Shown in pieces: positions 40,545-52,637 of a stretch of 64,000 nucleotides of DNA (positions are counted from its first letter, which is position 1; each line of letters opens with the position of its first letter). The stretch is from Callorhinchus milii (lineage: Eukaryota): the NCBI RefSeq assembly GCF_018977255.1, contig NW_024704758.1, positions 14,260,001 to 14,324,000 on the forward strand, written 5' to 3'. The notes under the pieces were generated by a model. That model was not told where the DNA came from, made no database searches, and worked only from the letters and a program-made list of their open reading frames with translations. Made by a program: the position numbers and the translations under genes.

Positions 40545-41260
40545 ATCACTATTGCATTTGATATATAGTCCTTTCTCGAAAAGCTTCACAGAATTTATTG
40601 TGAAGTGCAGTGACTGTGTATTTTATAGGTGTATATCAATTTGCACCCATAACAACAACAACAACAACAAGATTCCATTTATAGAGCGCCTTTCACGTCA
40701 GGAGGACGTCCCAAGGCGCTGCACAGTTGGGTCATGACCCGAGCAGGGGGAAATGGTCAGGGTGAGGGGAAGGAAGGGAGGAGCGAGGAGGAGGAAGAGA
40801 GTCGAGAGGGAGCTGAAGGCTCGGTCAAAGAGAAAGGTTGTGAGACCGGCCTTGAAGGAGGAAAGGGAGGAAGCAAGGCGAAGGCACTGGGGATGGAGTT
40901 CCAGAGCCTGGGGCTGAGGGGCTGAAGGCCCGACCACCGATGGTAGGGCGGTTGGGGCGGGGACGTGGAGCAGACCGGAGCCAGAGGAACGGAGGGTACG
41001 GGCAGGTAGGTAGGGGGATAGTAGGTTGGAGAGGTAGGAGGGAGCAAGGCCGTGAATGGCCTTGTAGGTGAGGATGAGGATCTTGAAATCAAGTCAATCA
41101 ATAAGTCTCCCACAAACAGCCAATTTTTTATCTGGGGGATTATTGGCCAGACACTGGGAGAGAAAAACTCCCTTGTCTTATTGAGTAGTAACTTGACGTC
41201 TTCACCGTCCACTTGAATAAGCAGGGGCGGTACTATGGTTTAAACGCCTTATCTGAAGGA
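40545..41260 (-). mobile_element. DeuSINE split by the L2 (parts about 40545-40650 and 41100-41260)
   Basis: Tail and GTGACTGTGTATTTT on the left; the element resumes as TCCCACAAACAGCC...GGCCAGACACTGGGAG on the right. Confidence 0.7.
40651..41092 (-). mobile_element. 5'-truncated L2 LINE inserted into a DeuSINE
   Basis: Minus strand reads DFKILILTYKAIHGLAPSYLSNLLSPYLPARTLRSSGSGLLHV...LRLASSLSSFKAGLTTFLFDRAFS (frameshifted), the L2 ORF2 C-terminus, with a (TTG)n tail. Confidence 0.9.
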
Positions 41261-42432
41261 AGCTAAAACAGGGTGAGATTTTATGCCTCTTATTATTTCT
41301 ACCAGCCGGTCTCTTTTTTCTTATTAAAAAAAAGTATTTTTGTTGGCCAAACCTGCTGGGAACACCGTTAGCTATTAACCTCATTTGTTTTATTTAAATA
41401 AAAATGTTATGGTCCTAGGTGTACTGTCATGAGCGGGTGAGTTCTATGCATGGTGTGGCTCTCACACACATATCGTCCAGCGAGCTGTGATGTGTGCTGA
41501 GCCAGGTGAACTCACCTGGGGCAATGACGTGATCCCTACAAATGGTCTTATCATTCCTTACAATAAAATCCAGTTTGCTGTCTGGTGACTCCTGCTAAAA
41601 AGTGCAAGCGAGTGGACATCAGGTGAGGATGGAGTTCGGGCTCAGGTGCAATAGCCCCCAAGGTCCATAAGCCTCCTGAAGCTCCCTCGCTGTCCTGTCT
41701 CGCACATGCTGAGGTGGAAGGGGGAAGGTGGTATCAGTATCTCTTCTGTTAACAGGAAACTTGTGCTAATGGCGATATGGCCTCTCCACAGACACCAGCT
41801 ATTGCCTGTCCCTGGCAGCAAGAATTCCAATTGGAATCTGCTATTTGGAAGACTTCCAGCCAATCTGTATTTCTTATACAGAGGTTCCACTATTAGTAAT
41901 TTGTGGATTGAATGTGCAGCTTAAATAATGACACTGTAATACTGTAACCCTTTCATTTTATATAACGCTCATATTGTAGAAACATCTCCACAAGCTTTAC
42001 TGTAATTATTGTTGAGTGTGGTGTCTGTGTATTTGCAGGTGAACAAAGCAGCCAATTTGCACACAGTAAAATTCCACATAACAGGCAGGAGGTGAAAGAC
42101 CAATTCATTTGTTTTTGGAGGATTGTAGCAGATCAATAAATGCGGCACGTTATTAATACCTGTATATCGATCCCATGTGTATTTAAATATCATACAACAA
42201 GTTAATCTCAAACAACAAAAGGACTTGAATATAAATTGAACTGTCTACCAGTTCAGGTGGACATTACAGATCCAATGGCACTATTTTGAAAAGAGACAGG
42301 AAGCCCCAGATTAAAATTGTTTGTTCACTTCGGTGCTATTTTGTGGGATATTGCTGTGCGCAATTTGACTACCTTGTTCGCCTACGAATAAACAGTGTCT
42401 ACCCTTTACAATAAAATCCTTTGAGGTGCTAG

Positions 42433-42846
42433 TGTGGGAATGTAAAAGGACTAAAACACGTAAAGTACAGAGTGTCTCGACAATGATAAGATTAGAGTTG
42501 TTTTTGAGTAACTGCTGTAGATAATTAGAGTAGAACCAGTGTCCTTGTACTGTCTGCAAATGTATAATCAATCTTGTGATGATTGAATGCTTGTCAATCA
42601 ACAGCAAGAATTGTTTGAGACATGAGTTAAGCATGAGGTGATTGCAAATAATCATGTATATAAACTAATGGGACTGCCCCATTGGTAGAGGGAGAGTACC
42701 GACTCTTCTGAGAGACGTGCTATTGTATTGCCTCTCGCTTTCCCTCTTCTTGCTGTAAGTATTTGAATAAACTATATTTCTGAGCTAACTTTGTTTGTGA
42801 GTGTTCGTTTAATCCTAGCTATAGCGACTACATCCTGGGTTCGACA
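42433..42846 (+). mobile_element. Solo LTR (414 bp) inserted in a SINE
   Basis: TGT...ACA termini, TATATAAA at 42657, AATAAA at 42766, degenerate 5-bp TSD GCTAG/GTTGG. The flanks rejoin into one SINE (about 42325-42432 plus 42847-42908). Confidence 0.75.
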
Positions 42847-43349
42847 GTTGGAGGCATTCATTGACATGTTCAGGCGATTTATCAAAATGCAAGGATTATT
42901 ATTATTATACATGATTTTTTGTGGACTAGAGTTGATCCTATTCCGTTATTTCACATAAAGCTTGAGTACATGTTGAACCAAAACTTGCCTTTAATATAAA
43001 AAGTGCTACCTGTAATAAAAGTTTCCTTGCTCATCACCTATTCTCCCAAGCACTCTTAGACAGTTTTGGGAGTATAAAGAGCTGCCTCCCTATTAATTTA
43101 TTTATTCTTCTGAATGTGATTTTGGTGTAACTTCCACTTTCTGAAGTACATTTTCGATTCCTTTTCTGAAGCGATATTTTTCGCTGTGGGAAATTGATTC
43201 TTTGATCCAGTTGACAGAATTCAGCTATTTTCCAGAAATCCATATGAAGTTAAATTTGAAGACGATTGGTGTAGGGTTAAAGGTGTGAAAAATTCTGGGT
43301 CACTGGAGGAGTAACGTTATGTGTTTATTGCATTTTTTTTCTTGTTATC

Positions 43350-43565
43350 TGGATATGGGGGTGAATCGGATTAGAACATAACAGCACGAGATATGTTTCA
43401 AACTTTCAAACACAGATTAGATAGTTTTCTTTTAGGAAACAACATTATGGGATATAGTACATTGGTAGCTCGGGACATATGTGCATGTGACTGCCAGGAA
43501 GGTGGAGGGTGAACTAGATGGACGTTGGTCTTTTTTCGTCTAACATTTCTTATGTTCTTATGTTC
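43350..43565 (+). mobile_element. CR1 LINE 3' end
   Basis: GAACTAGATGGACGTTGGTCTTTTTTCGTC followed by (TTCTTATG)n tail. Related fragment at about 23190-23270. Confidence 0.6.
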
Positions 43566-44084
43566 AGATACAATATATGAACTCCATGCCAAGGGAAGGA
43601 GTCAGCATGCCATCTGGATAACAGCATCCTTCATATACATTTACAAGGATTATTAGTGTTTTTTACGCTGCACATTTAGAGTGGTCATTGGAGACTTGGT
43701 GTTTGAAAAGATGACAAAGCACATCAAAGTCAACAAGACTCGTCAGCAAAGGAACTTGGAAAAAAAATACACAAGGGTATTTTCCACCAGGGTAGGGTTG
43801 TAAGGGCATTATTTTTCACGTATTTTTCCACTAGGGTTGGTGGGCGTGGGGGAGAGAAGGAGAGAAAGATATCCAACCTTCTCCATCAATTTTCCATTCT
43901 GAGGAGAAATAAGTTATCAAATCAGAGTTTGCTTTAATTATTGGGGAAAAAAAGGCAACTTAATTCCTTGGTAGTAAAGGTCTGGATCTGTGTAATAAAT
44001 AGTTTGTTTTACATACAGTTGATTTGCTGTTTGTCACTGCATTCGGCCTCACTTACTATGTACATGTAGAGTAATAGCTATAAA

Positions 44085-44200
44085 GGAGTGAGCTACAGAG
44101 GTACGGGGAAAGGAAACGTAAATGGGACTGAAGGGATTGCTCTTAGAAAGAACCAGCACACACGCAATGGGCTGAATGGCCTCATTCTGTGCTGTACATG
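44085..44200 (+). mobile_element. CR1 LINE 3' end
   Basis: ATGGGCTGAATGGCCTCATTCTGTGCTGTA. Related copies at about 9270-9375 and 46100-46165 (-). Confidence 0.7.
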
Positions 44201-46984
44201 CTGTGTGTGCGTGTGTGTGTGTCTGAGTACATTACTTCAGTGAAAATATTTATTAAATGAACATTGATCTGTGGTAAGTGTGTTTGTAAAGTTTACAAAT
44301 TCCATGGAATGGAGAGAAGTTGTTTAATAATAATAATAAAAATAATATTGCTTGCAATTGTTACAGCGCCTTTCATGTCTGGAGGATATCCCAAAGGACA
44401 TACTGTAAAGTGCAGTGACTGCATGTTTTGTGGGCGAAAGTCAGGTGTTTAAGACTAGTTTGTTATTAATTTCACTTCTGAGTAATGTACAGGGAATGAA
44501 TAGCCAGTGATAAATTTAATACACAGAGTAATTGTGTGAAGCCCTGTTACTATGAATTTTGAGCTACAGTGTATACACCCAAATTCACACAACATCCAGT
44601 ATTACACAATGCAATTATTTGGCCTAAGAGGATTAATAGTTTTATTTTGGGTTCTGAACAGTTGTCTGATTTAAAGTATTATCAGTTAATCCACGTCATG
44701 TGAAAATCTCCTTTGCTACTAAATATTCTGGTACAATTAAATTAAACCGAATCTCAAAGTTTAATTTCATAGTTATAAAAATGCATTAAATTATTTTGCT
44801 GTAATACCACAATACTTGAGGTAATCATGTTTTGTGCACATGCATTTTAATTTCCCCAGTGACATGAAAATAAATTTTACTAACATGTTAATTTTGTGTG
44901 TTAATCAGTCGCTCCAGGCTGGATGAAAGGATTTGCTCTGTAAAACTGTTTGATATTGAAACAGGTCCTTTTGACCCTATCAAAATTGCCTTTATTCCCC
45001 TAAAGACGGGTAAAGTTAATTAAGCACTCAATAGGTTTATAGTGTTTAAATTAAAATATATTACCCTCATTGTGTAGTCATCAAATTAAAGTATTCTCCT
45101 CCTGGCTGCATGACTGTCTAATGTGCTTATCAAAATTCATGATGCTATAAGTGGGATTTGTTGTGTTGAACAGGGTCTGTAATGAGTCAGTCAAACAATA
45201 GTTGATGCTGGGATCTGCCACAAGATGGTGACAAATTCCATTGATTACAACTTGAATCTCTCAGACGAGGACGATTTGTCCCTCGTCCTCTCCTCTTGGC
45301 TGGTTGTCAGACTCCGCCATTGTGAAGCTCTCCGGGACACTACCCCGCATGAAGGGCGCTGTATAAATGCAAGGTGGTGGTGTTGTGATAAGGCACTAGC
45401 ATCAAGTGCAAGGATTATTGTTATTCGTGCCCTTTCACATTCTCAAGAGTAAATTCAGAAGTTCAGAGTATGGAAGTTACCGTCACAAATCTTATCTCAA
45501 AAGTTATGTTGTCCTCTCCCCCTCCTTCTTTCGAGATGAAGCTTTGGACTAGGTAGTGTCATCAGTTAAGAAGATTCAGGCCATGATGCCATTCAACAAT
45601 AAGAGTCCATTGAGGGGAATGAATTGAGTCTTTGTTGGTTTTTATTGAGGCCTGACCATAGTCAGTACAAAGCTGTGTGTGTCTTTCTGTCTATCGTTGT
45701 CTGTAGTTTCAAAGAACTGAAGCATCAAGTAAATAACTCTTGCTAATGTAAAGTAGTCACCCTATTTCCCAGTGCCCGGCAATCTCAAAGATAGTCTATA
45801 TAAAATAACACTGGGGCGTCTGCAGATCTGGTGAAAACTGAAATGCATCAGCCCAGGAGGTTGGGCAATTCTTGTACTGAGTGAGCAAATTAGAGAATAA
45901 TAACAGAGACCAAGAGAGATACTGAAGGGAAATATTTCTTTCAAGGGAGACTTTCTCACTCTGTGAGAGTGAAAAAANGAACAGAAAACTTGTATTATGT
46001 GAACTACTGTCTGTATTTCTTAGCGAGAGGATTGCGCTGCCTATGTAGTGTAGTGAATCTTTCGATACAAGCTTATAATGAAATATTGCATTGGATCAGA
46101 ACCATAGACATTCGTAGGACCACAGAAATTTACAACACAAAGGAAGGCCATTTGGCCCATTGCTTCAAAGGTTTGCTGTGGTCAGTGAACGGAGAAGAGG
46201 CATTGAGAGGTGGATGTGCTACTTCTTCATGCATAGCTTATGTCTGTGACTTGAAAGTGTGTGTGTAATGTACATTGTACTTAAAAAGAAGGCCACATTG
46301 CTCAAGGCATGACACTAACTTGGTCAACACCTTGAAAGATGTTAACACTGTACTCTTATCATTTGTTGCACAACATGATTTCAGGCTTATTTCGGGTATT
46401 GCCAGATTTGCCAGCAAAAAGACTCATTTCTAATCGAAGACTAAAAAATGACGACTCCGTTCTACATATTATACTGAAACATGACTTGCTTTTATGCACA
46501 CCGGGCTTACTTTTGTTTCAATCAGATATTTTGGGATGCACACCGCTTGAAACAACTTCGCGCAAAGTTCTCCCTCTGAGCAGCTTTTAAAATAAAACTG
46601 CAATCCTCGGATGTTCCAACGTTACAGCAAAAACAACTGTTTTTTTTTCATTCAGTCACTACCGAGTGACATCTGCCCCGGGGCTCACTGTCGTCTTCAA
46701 TCATGTAAATGGCATTATTTACTTTAAATCTGCTTTTGCCTTTTTTTCAGTCAGATACCAATAGCTCGGAACGAAAGAGTGTTGCTCGTTCCAGAGCCGA
46801 AAGACTTTGTAGCAAGTAAAATCTTGCTTTGTAACACTCGACTATGCGTGACAAGCAAAACAGTGTGCAGGGGAGCGGCGGACGAGCTGGATCTGCAACT
46901 TTGAAAGTAACAGAGTTCCAAACAGCCACAAACTGCATCTAAAATGGGGGCGGAGGGAGTTCAGTTCAGTTCTAGGTTTTCATT

Positions 46985-47330
46985 AATAATAATAATAATC
47001 CTCGCATTTGATATAGCGCTTTTCACGTCGGGAGGACGTCCCAAAGCGCTTCACAGAACACACTGTAAAGTGAATTGACTGTATATTTGTGGGCGAACGC
47101 GGCAGCCAATTGCGCACAGCAATGTCCCACAAACAGTCGTGGATTGAAAATGACCAATATATATTGTTTTTGGTTTTCGACGGATTATTATTCATTCTCT
47201 CTCATACATATATATTTCGCCCGCAAAATATACAGTCCATTCACTTTGCAGTATATTTCCGGGAAGCGCTTTTAATTGTCTCAACAACATAAGGTGCTGT
47301 ATCAATTGCAAAGATTATTGTTATTATATT
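46985..47330. mobile_element. Head-to-head inverted SINE pair (about 46985-47150 minus, 47215-47330 plus)
   Basis: Both copies match the window's SINE consensus in opposite orientations. Confidence 0.8.
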
Positions 47331-49881
47331 GGACCCGTAACAAGCCAAAACGGAAGCAGCATTATGGAAAGGGAGTGTTTTCTGTGAGTTCATTATTATT
47401 GAAGGAAAGCATTGATAAACTGCTTCTATCAGGGCATTACAGGGGGAGAGGGCACTAAATGGATTGCAAGTTGTGCCACATAAACTAGAAGATAAATACT
47501 GAAGCTTTAATTACCAGTCGGGGCGGTTTTGGTGGCATTCCACATTCTGTTTCAGTCGGCCTTATTGTGAAGTGCATTAGGACATGTAAAGTGTACCTGT
47601 TCCTGTTATCACAGGGACAAATGTTGGATTGCGCTGTGTTTTTAGTCAGTAATTGACAGAGCATCATAGCCAATTGTGTGTCCTGATTTTCCCAGGGGAT
47701 CGGAACATGTAGGCATAATTTCTTCCAGACACAAGTGCCACTGTAAGGACTCCTGATGTAATTTGCTGATATGATATTAAAAAATAGCATTAAAGTAATT
47801 AGATTGAGCACGGAGTCATATTTCACTGAGAGGAGCTCGTCCGTGGCTTGCGCTTACGATAACCTGGTCACTTTTAACGGCTCGGAGAAAGCAGGCTAGC
47901 ATAATAGGTTAATGTATTATATGTTCAGTTCATGTCATTAGGTAGAGCTTTTGCTGAGGCTGCCAGATTGACGCTGCGAATAAGAGGACGGGAGGCATTG
48001 GGCGTTAACCCATCACATTCTAAGTACCTTCAGCACAACGTCTGCAGGTTAGGGTTTAATGTTGAGGTGGGTGGGCAGCGGGAAAGAAGCTATCTCCATA
48101 AAAACAATAATAATAATAATCCTTGCATTTTGATATAGCTCCTTATAACGTCTTCTAGACGTCTCGAAGCGCTTCAGAGACTATCCTCTACAGTGAATTG
48201 ACTGTATATTTTATGAGCGAAATACCAGCAATAACTGTTAAAGTCCACCTGGTCAGTGACATTTTCCCAAAATACAAAAGGCAATAAATGAAACTGCAGG
48301 AGGTGAATGGACAGAGGGATCTCAATGGTCTTTTCCAGTCTTGGGATCGCATCCCCTGTGCCATCCCTTTGGGGGTAATTTATAGCTCCCTCTTCTTCCC
48401 TCCCCCCTCCCCCCCCACACACACACACCGACACTGATCCTGGAAACTTCTCTTTATCTGAAATTTTTGATGTAACGCCCTGTCATGATGTTGAGACGTC
48501 TCAAAACGCTTCACAGAATATACTATAAGTGAATCGATTGTTGTTAAATCACTCAAACTAGAAAAAAATACCAACTTCAATAAATCCTGACGTTGTCTTG
48601 CGAGCAGTTTGGCTGTGCTTTCTCGCTGTGAATATGATCCGATTTGATGGCAAAGCTCTGAGCGTGTTTATTCCAAAAGAATTAATACACAAGAACTGAA
48701 ACTCATGCAGATAATATGGCTTTGATGTGCTGCGTTTTATTTTCAGAGATGGTCGTGCTCTGTTGACCTCCGTGCCTCTGACCAAGCCTGCATTGGCCAC
48801 AATATTCATCTGATAACGACAAAGTTCCAGTGGCTCTCGTTACATCAAAACTGGGCAAGAATTCATTTGCAAATGATTTAATTCCATCATAAAACTGCAC
48901 AGTAAAACTGCCTCTCATGTCAGCCGTTACAGTCCTTTCTTATAATGCGAGTGTATCTCACTGGAAAGGCCAAGGTTGGTTTCAGCGTGCAATCAGATTT
49001 TGGCAGTCACATGCCTATTATTGCTAAATAGCCTGAATGTGGACGGGCAATTACATTCACTTAGTCTCAGTGCTTCAATTTGAACTACATCATAACCTGT
49101 GACAATGCTTTTTTTTAAAAAAAAACTGAAAACGAGCATAAGACCACATATATCATCGTTCACATCTCAGTGAAAGTATTTATGCCATTGCCCACTGTTA
49201 CTGTGCTGATGTTCATGCCCCCCAGTGCCATGTTCTGTCATTCAATTATACTATGATGCAGTTTCCCAAAGGGGGTTCTGACTAATAATCCTTCTCAGTT
49301 GTACCGCATGACTTGTTGTATTATTCTGCCCTCAAGAAATGAGAATCTCCAGTGTTGCTTGTTTGCCTGACTGGCAACGTGGTTTTATTTAATGGTCGAA
49401 ACGTTAGGTTTGGAAATGAATGTGTCCAGTGAGGAGCCGTGACAAGGCATCACACCGCTCAGTGTATTTGGGTCCACTGCAAAGTGCCAATCTAATTACG
49501 TGAGGAAATTCTAGATTTAACCGTGCAACCCTCAGCAAACTGTGCTAATAGATTTCGGGACATTGGGGACAAAAATTGGCACCTACAGAATGCACAGTTG
49601 CTACACTTTACGCTATATCCTGTTTTTTGAGACATCTTCCCGACATGTAAGGTGCTTTATCAGATGCAAAGATTATTTAATTGTGTTTCCCTTATTTTTA
49701 AACCTTGACGTTCTCACTGATTTTGCAATCTGCATTCGGCTGTCGGTTTTCTACGGCTTCACCAGCCGTCCGTGAACTAAATCTCGTCTGGCACACCGAT
49801 AACACATGTGAAGGGAATAGTAAATGCAAGTTGTTGTTGGTGAACGTGGCTTACGTGTTACACTTTTCTTTGGGGGTCTAG

Positions 49882-50278
49882 GTACTGTGAATTAAACATC
49901 AACAGCCTGAATTCTTCAATGATCGGATACATAGTGGCTAATCAGTGTTCGTTCTACAGACCAGTGGGGTATCCACAGATCCCACTTGCGGGGATGGCTA
50001 TTGAAAGCATAGGATGCTCCAGTGTGACCTACAGACAGGCTCTGTTCAATCCTCTACCAAGCAGAAGAGCGTTGCCGTTGGATTACGATGTGCTATGCGA
50101 TGGCTGTTTCCCCAGCAGTCCGCTGCTGTCTGGCTTCGAATCCACAGCTTCTACGACCGGGAAGTCCACCCACGTCTTTGTGGACACGGCTACCAAGAGA
50201 CCGACAGAAATACCCACGGTTTTCAGGAAGTGCCTCGAGAAGATCCTGATTCAACCACGGACTATCCATTCGGGTTAG
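49882..50278 (+). CDS. them7: THEM7-like thioesterase, last coding exon
   Basis: tctAG acceptor at 49880-49881, phase matches exon 1. Translates (R)YCELNINSLNSSMIGYIVANQCSFYRPVGYPQIPLAGMAIESIGCSSVTYRQALF...THVFVDTATKRPTEIP...HSG*. Joined CDS is 218+397=615 bp, 204 aa. Confidence 0.88.
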
Positions 50279-51212
50279 AAAACCTGTTCTTGTTCCAACG
50301 TTTTAAGGGGGACCCGGGGAGTGTTCTCACTCCTTAATGGGAATTAATATTTGTGATTTTTTTTGTGACTTAATTGAAATCTGGATAACAATAGATGTTT
50401 TTTAAAAATAATAACATTCAGTGAATCTATAGAACTCCTGCTCAAAGGAGAATATTCTCCGACAAATAATGCTTCAAAATGTAGTCGCTTTTCACAGTTA
50501 AGGGTGCTTTCCAATTACTAAGGATGTAGGTACATGACTGAGAATTGCTTGTGACCAGTGATTGACTAGATCGTAATAGGAATGTTTATGCTAAATAGCG
50601 TCAATTCAATATATTAGTGCAAATTGCTCTCAGATTAAACTCCTCCACCTTTCTTGACACTTATGATCTCGCTGCACAGATTGGGATGTGCGTGGTGGTC
50701 CAGATCATCTAATTCTCTGCTTGAGGAAAGTGGCAGTCTGTGAAATGGTAAAAACATGAGAGTAATGGCCTTACACTGCCCATCCCTCCTCCCCACCCAA
50801 ATAAACTGCACCATAATTGTCGAACCTTTCTACAGGTCTGATTTCTGCCTTTAAATATCCTTTGGGGATTTTTATTAATGCTGCTTTTTAACTTTTTTTA
50901 TCTTCAGGTAAATGGCAACTGGGTGATGTGTGAGTACAGTGAAAATTGAAAATGAATTATGAATGGGTCTCGAGTTGATATAGAGAGTCTGAGTCGGTTG
51001 CTCCTGTTTGCTGATGAATTCTAAGTCGTGAGGATGTTTTTTAGAATCAAATTATATTGCAGTGACTTGCATATTTCAGATTTGCATAGTAGCACAGACA
51101 ATGCTGGGATAAGACACTTCCCTTGGTTTAATTATACACATGTCAAAAATACACTATTTCAAAGTTATGATTATATATAAAAAATTATACATTAACCTAA
51201 TTAACCGCTTCT

Positions 51213-51218
51213 TTTATT
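51213..51218 (-). terminator. Candidate RCN1 polyadenylation signal
   Basis: AATAAA on the minus strand about 1.4 kb past the RCN1 stop. A second one lies at 50871-50876. Confidence 0.4.
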
Positions 51219-52637
51219 GATGGGGGAAGAGAAAAAAACACTTTGTTTTCTCGCAGTAATGATCAATTGTAGTAGTTCAGGAATAGGAGGCACCTGAAAG
51301 TTTGTATAATGGAGCAAGAGACAGATGGTGACTACACTTTGATATGGTTTTCACCCAGCCTTGTCAAACCATCATCCAAATAAATATGATATATGTGAAC
51401 ACAATCTCAAGTAATTCTGTTATTATAGTGAAGGTCAGTTTGCTTATTTCAGGCGAAATGAAACTGCACAAACACTCTTTGTAAATAGATAACATCTCGA
51501 TTATTACATGGAAGGCAGCTGCACTGAAATAATCCTTGGAAACAAGATAACTTGCCGTAACCCAGCAATATCTTATGTTGTTATATTATAGACTCTAAAT
51601 ACTATTTAGTACGAATATCTTTCAACCGTAAGGCTGACACTTTTAGGAGCATGAAAAGGATTTGGAAACAAACTAACAAGTTTTTGTAAACATTTTTTCC
51701 TTTGTTCGATAAAAAGTATTCAAGGGAATCTCAAAGAGATATATTTCTAAACGAAACAGAGAATAGTGTGGCTTTTTCCGAGCTTTGGGAACGCAGTTAT
51801 CTCTTACAGACCCTTTGCGTGTGCGACTCAGGCTGACTGTTCTAAGGAAAACAGTCAAGTAATAAGTGCCGTGGCTCAGATCGTCAGGAGATGCTTCCAG
51901 AGTCATGTAACTGGGAAATCAACGAAGCATTCCATTTGTTCCACACACACGTTCAACCTTCCAGTACCAAATGGTAAGAGCGCAGTGGATGGATGGATGG
52001 TTTTGGCGCTATTTGAAAAGACAGATTGCAGCGAAATTGAAGACAAGGAACATTAAAATCAAACTACATTTGTCTCTCGCACCCTGCATTCACTAAGATG
52101 GGTCCATATGGAGCTCATTTTGGAACAAGGCCAGACAAGACAACTCTTGGCTGCCCCAGTGTGGGAGACCTTGCTGACGTTTCATTTATAAAGCAGACTA
52201 TATGCCACATGTCCTACGTGGGCGGGCAGTTGGTGGGGGAGGGGGTGGAAAGAGACCCCAAATTTGTTCAACCTACAGTCTACAGGTCAAGTGTAAGTAC
52301 GGATTTGTACAGTTTTGGCTTTTTTTTTAAAAACACACACACGCGCACACACACACACTACATATGTAGATCAACACTGCCTTGCAATTGGTGCAAAGGT
52401 ATTAACGGGCACAGTGGCCCCATTAGTTAATGAGGTAAAGTACGTATTGAATTAGGAGGACGAAACTGGCCCAACTTCAGTCACTTTACAACGCGGCAAA
52501 AAAATACTGCAGTCCGATTTCGAAAGCCCTCTTGGCTCCTTTTAGCATCGACGTGAATTTGATTTTTGAAAAAAATGTTTGTTCGGGAAAACCCCCAAAT
52601 CCCTGCAAAATCCCTTTTCTCTTTTTTCTTCTCAGTA

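Noticed and set aside
40757-41212. 151-aa Pro/Ser-rich ORF
   Set aside because: Out-of-frame reading of the L2 and SINE remnants.
43844-43852. WT1/EGR-like site GCGTGGGGG
   Set aside because: One imperfect 9-mer in 64 kb is expected by chance.
35269-45978. Single N bases at 35269 and 45978 after A-runs
   Set aside because: Assembly ambiguities or joins rather than biology. They mean the them7 intron length may not be exact.
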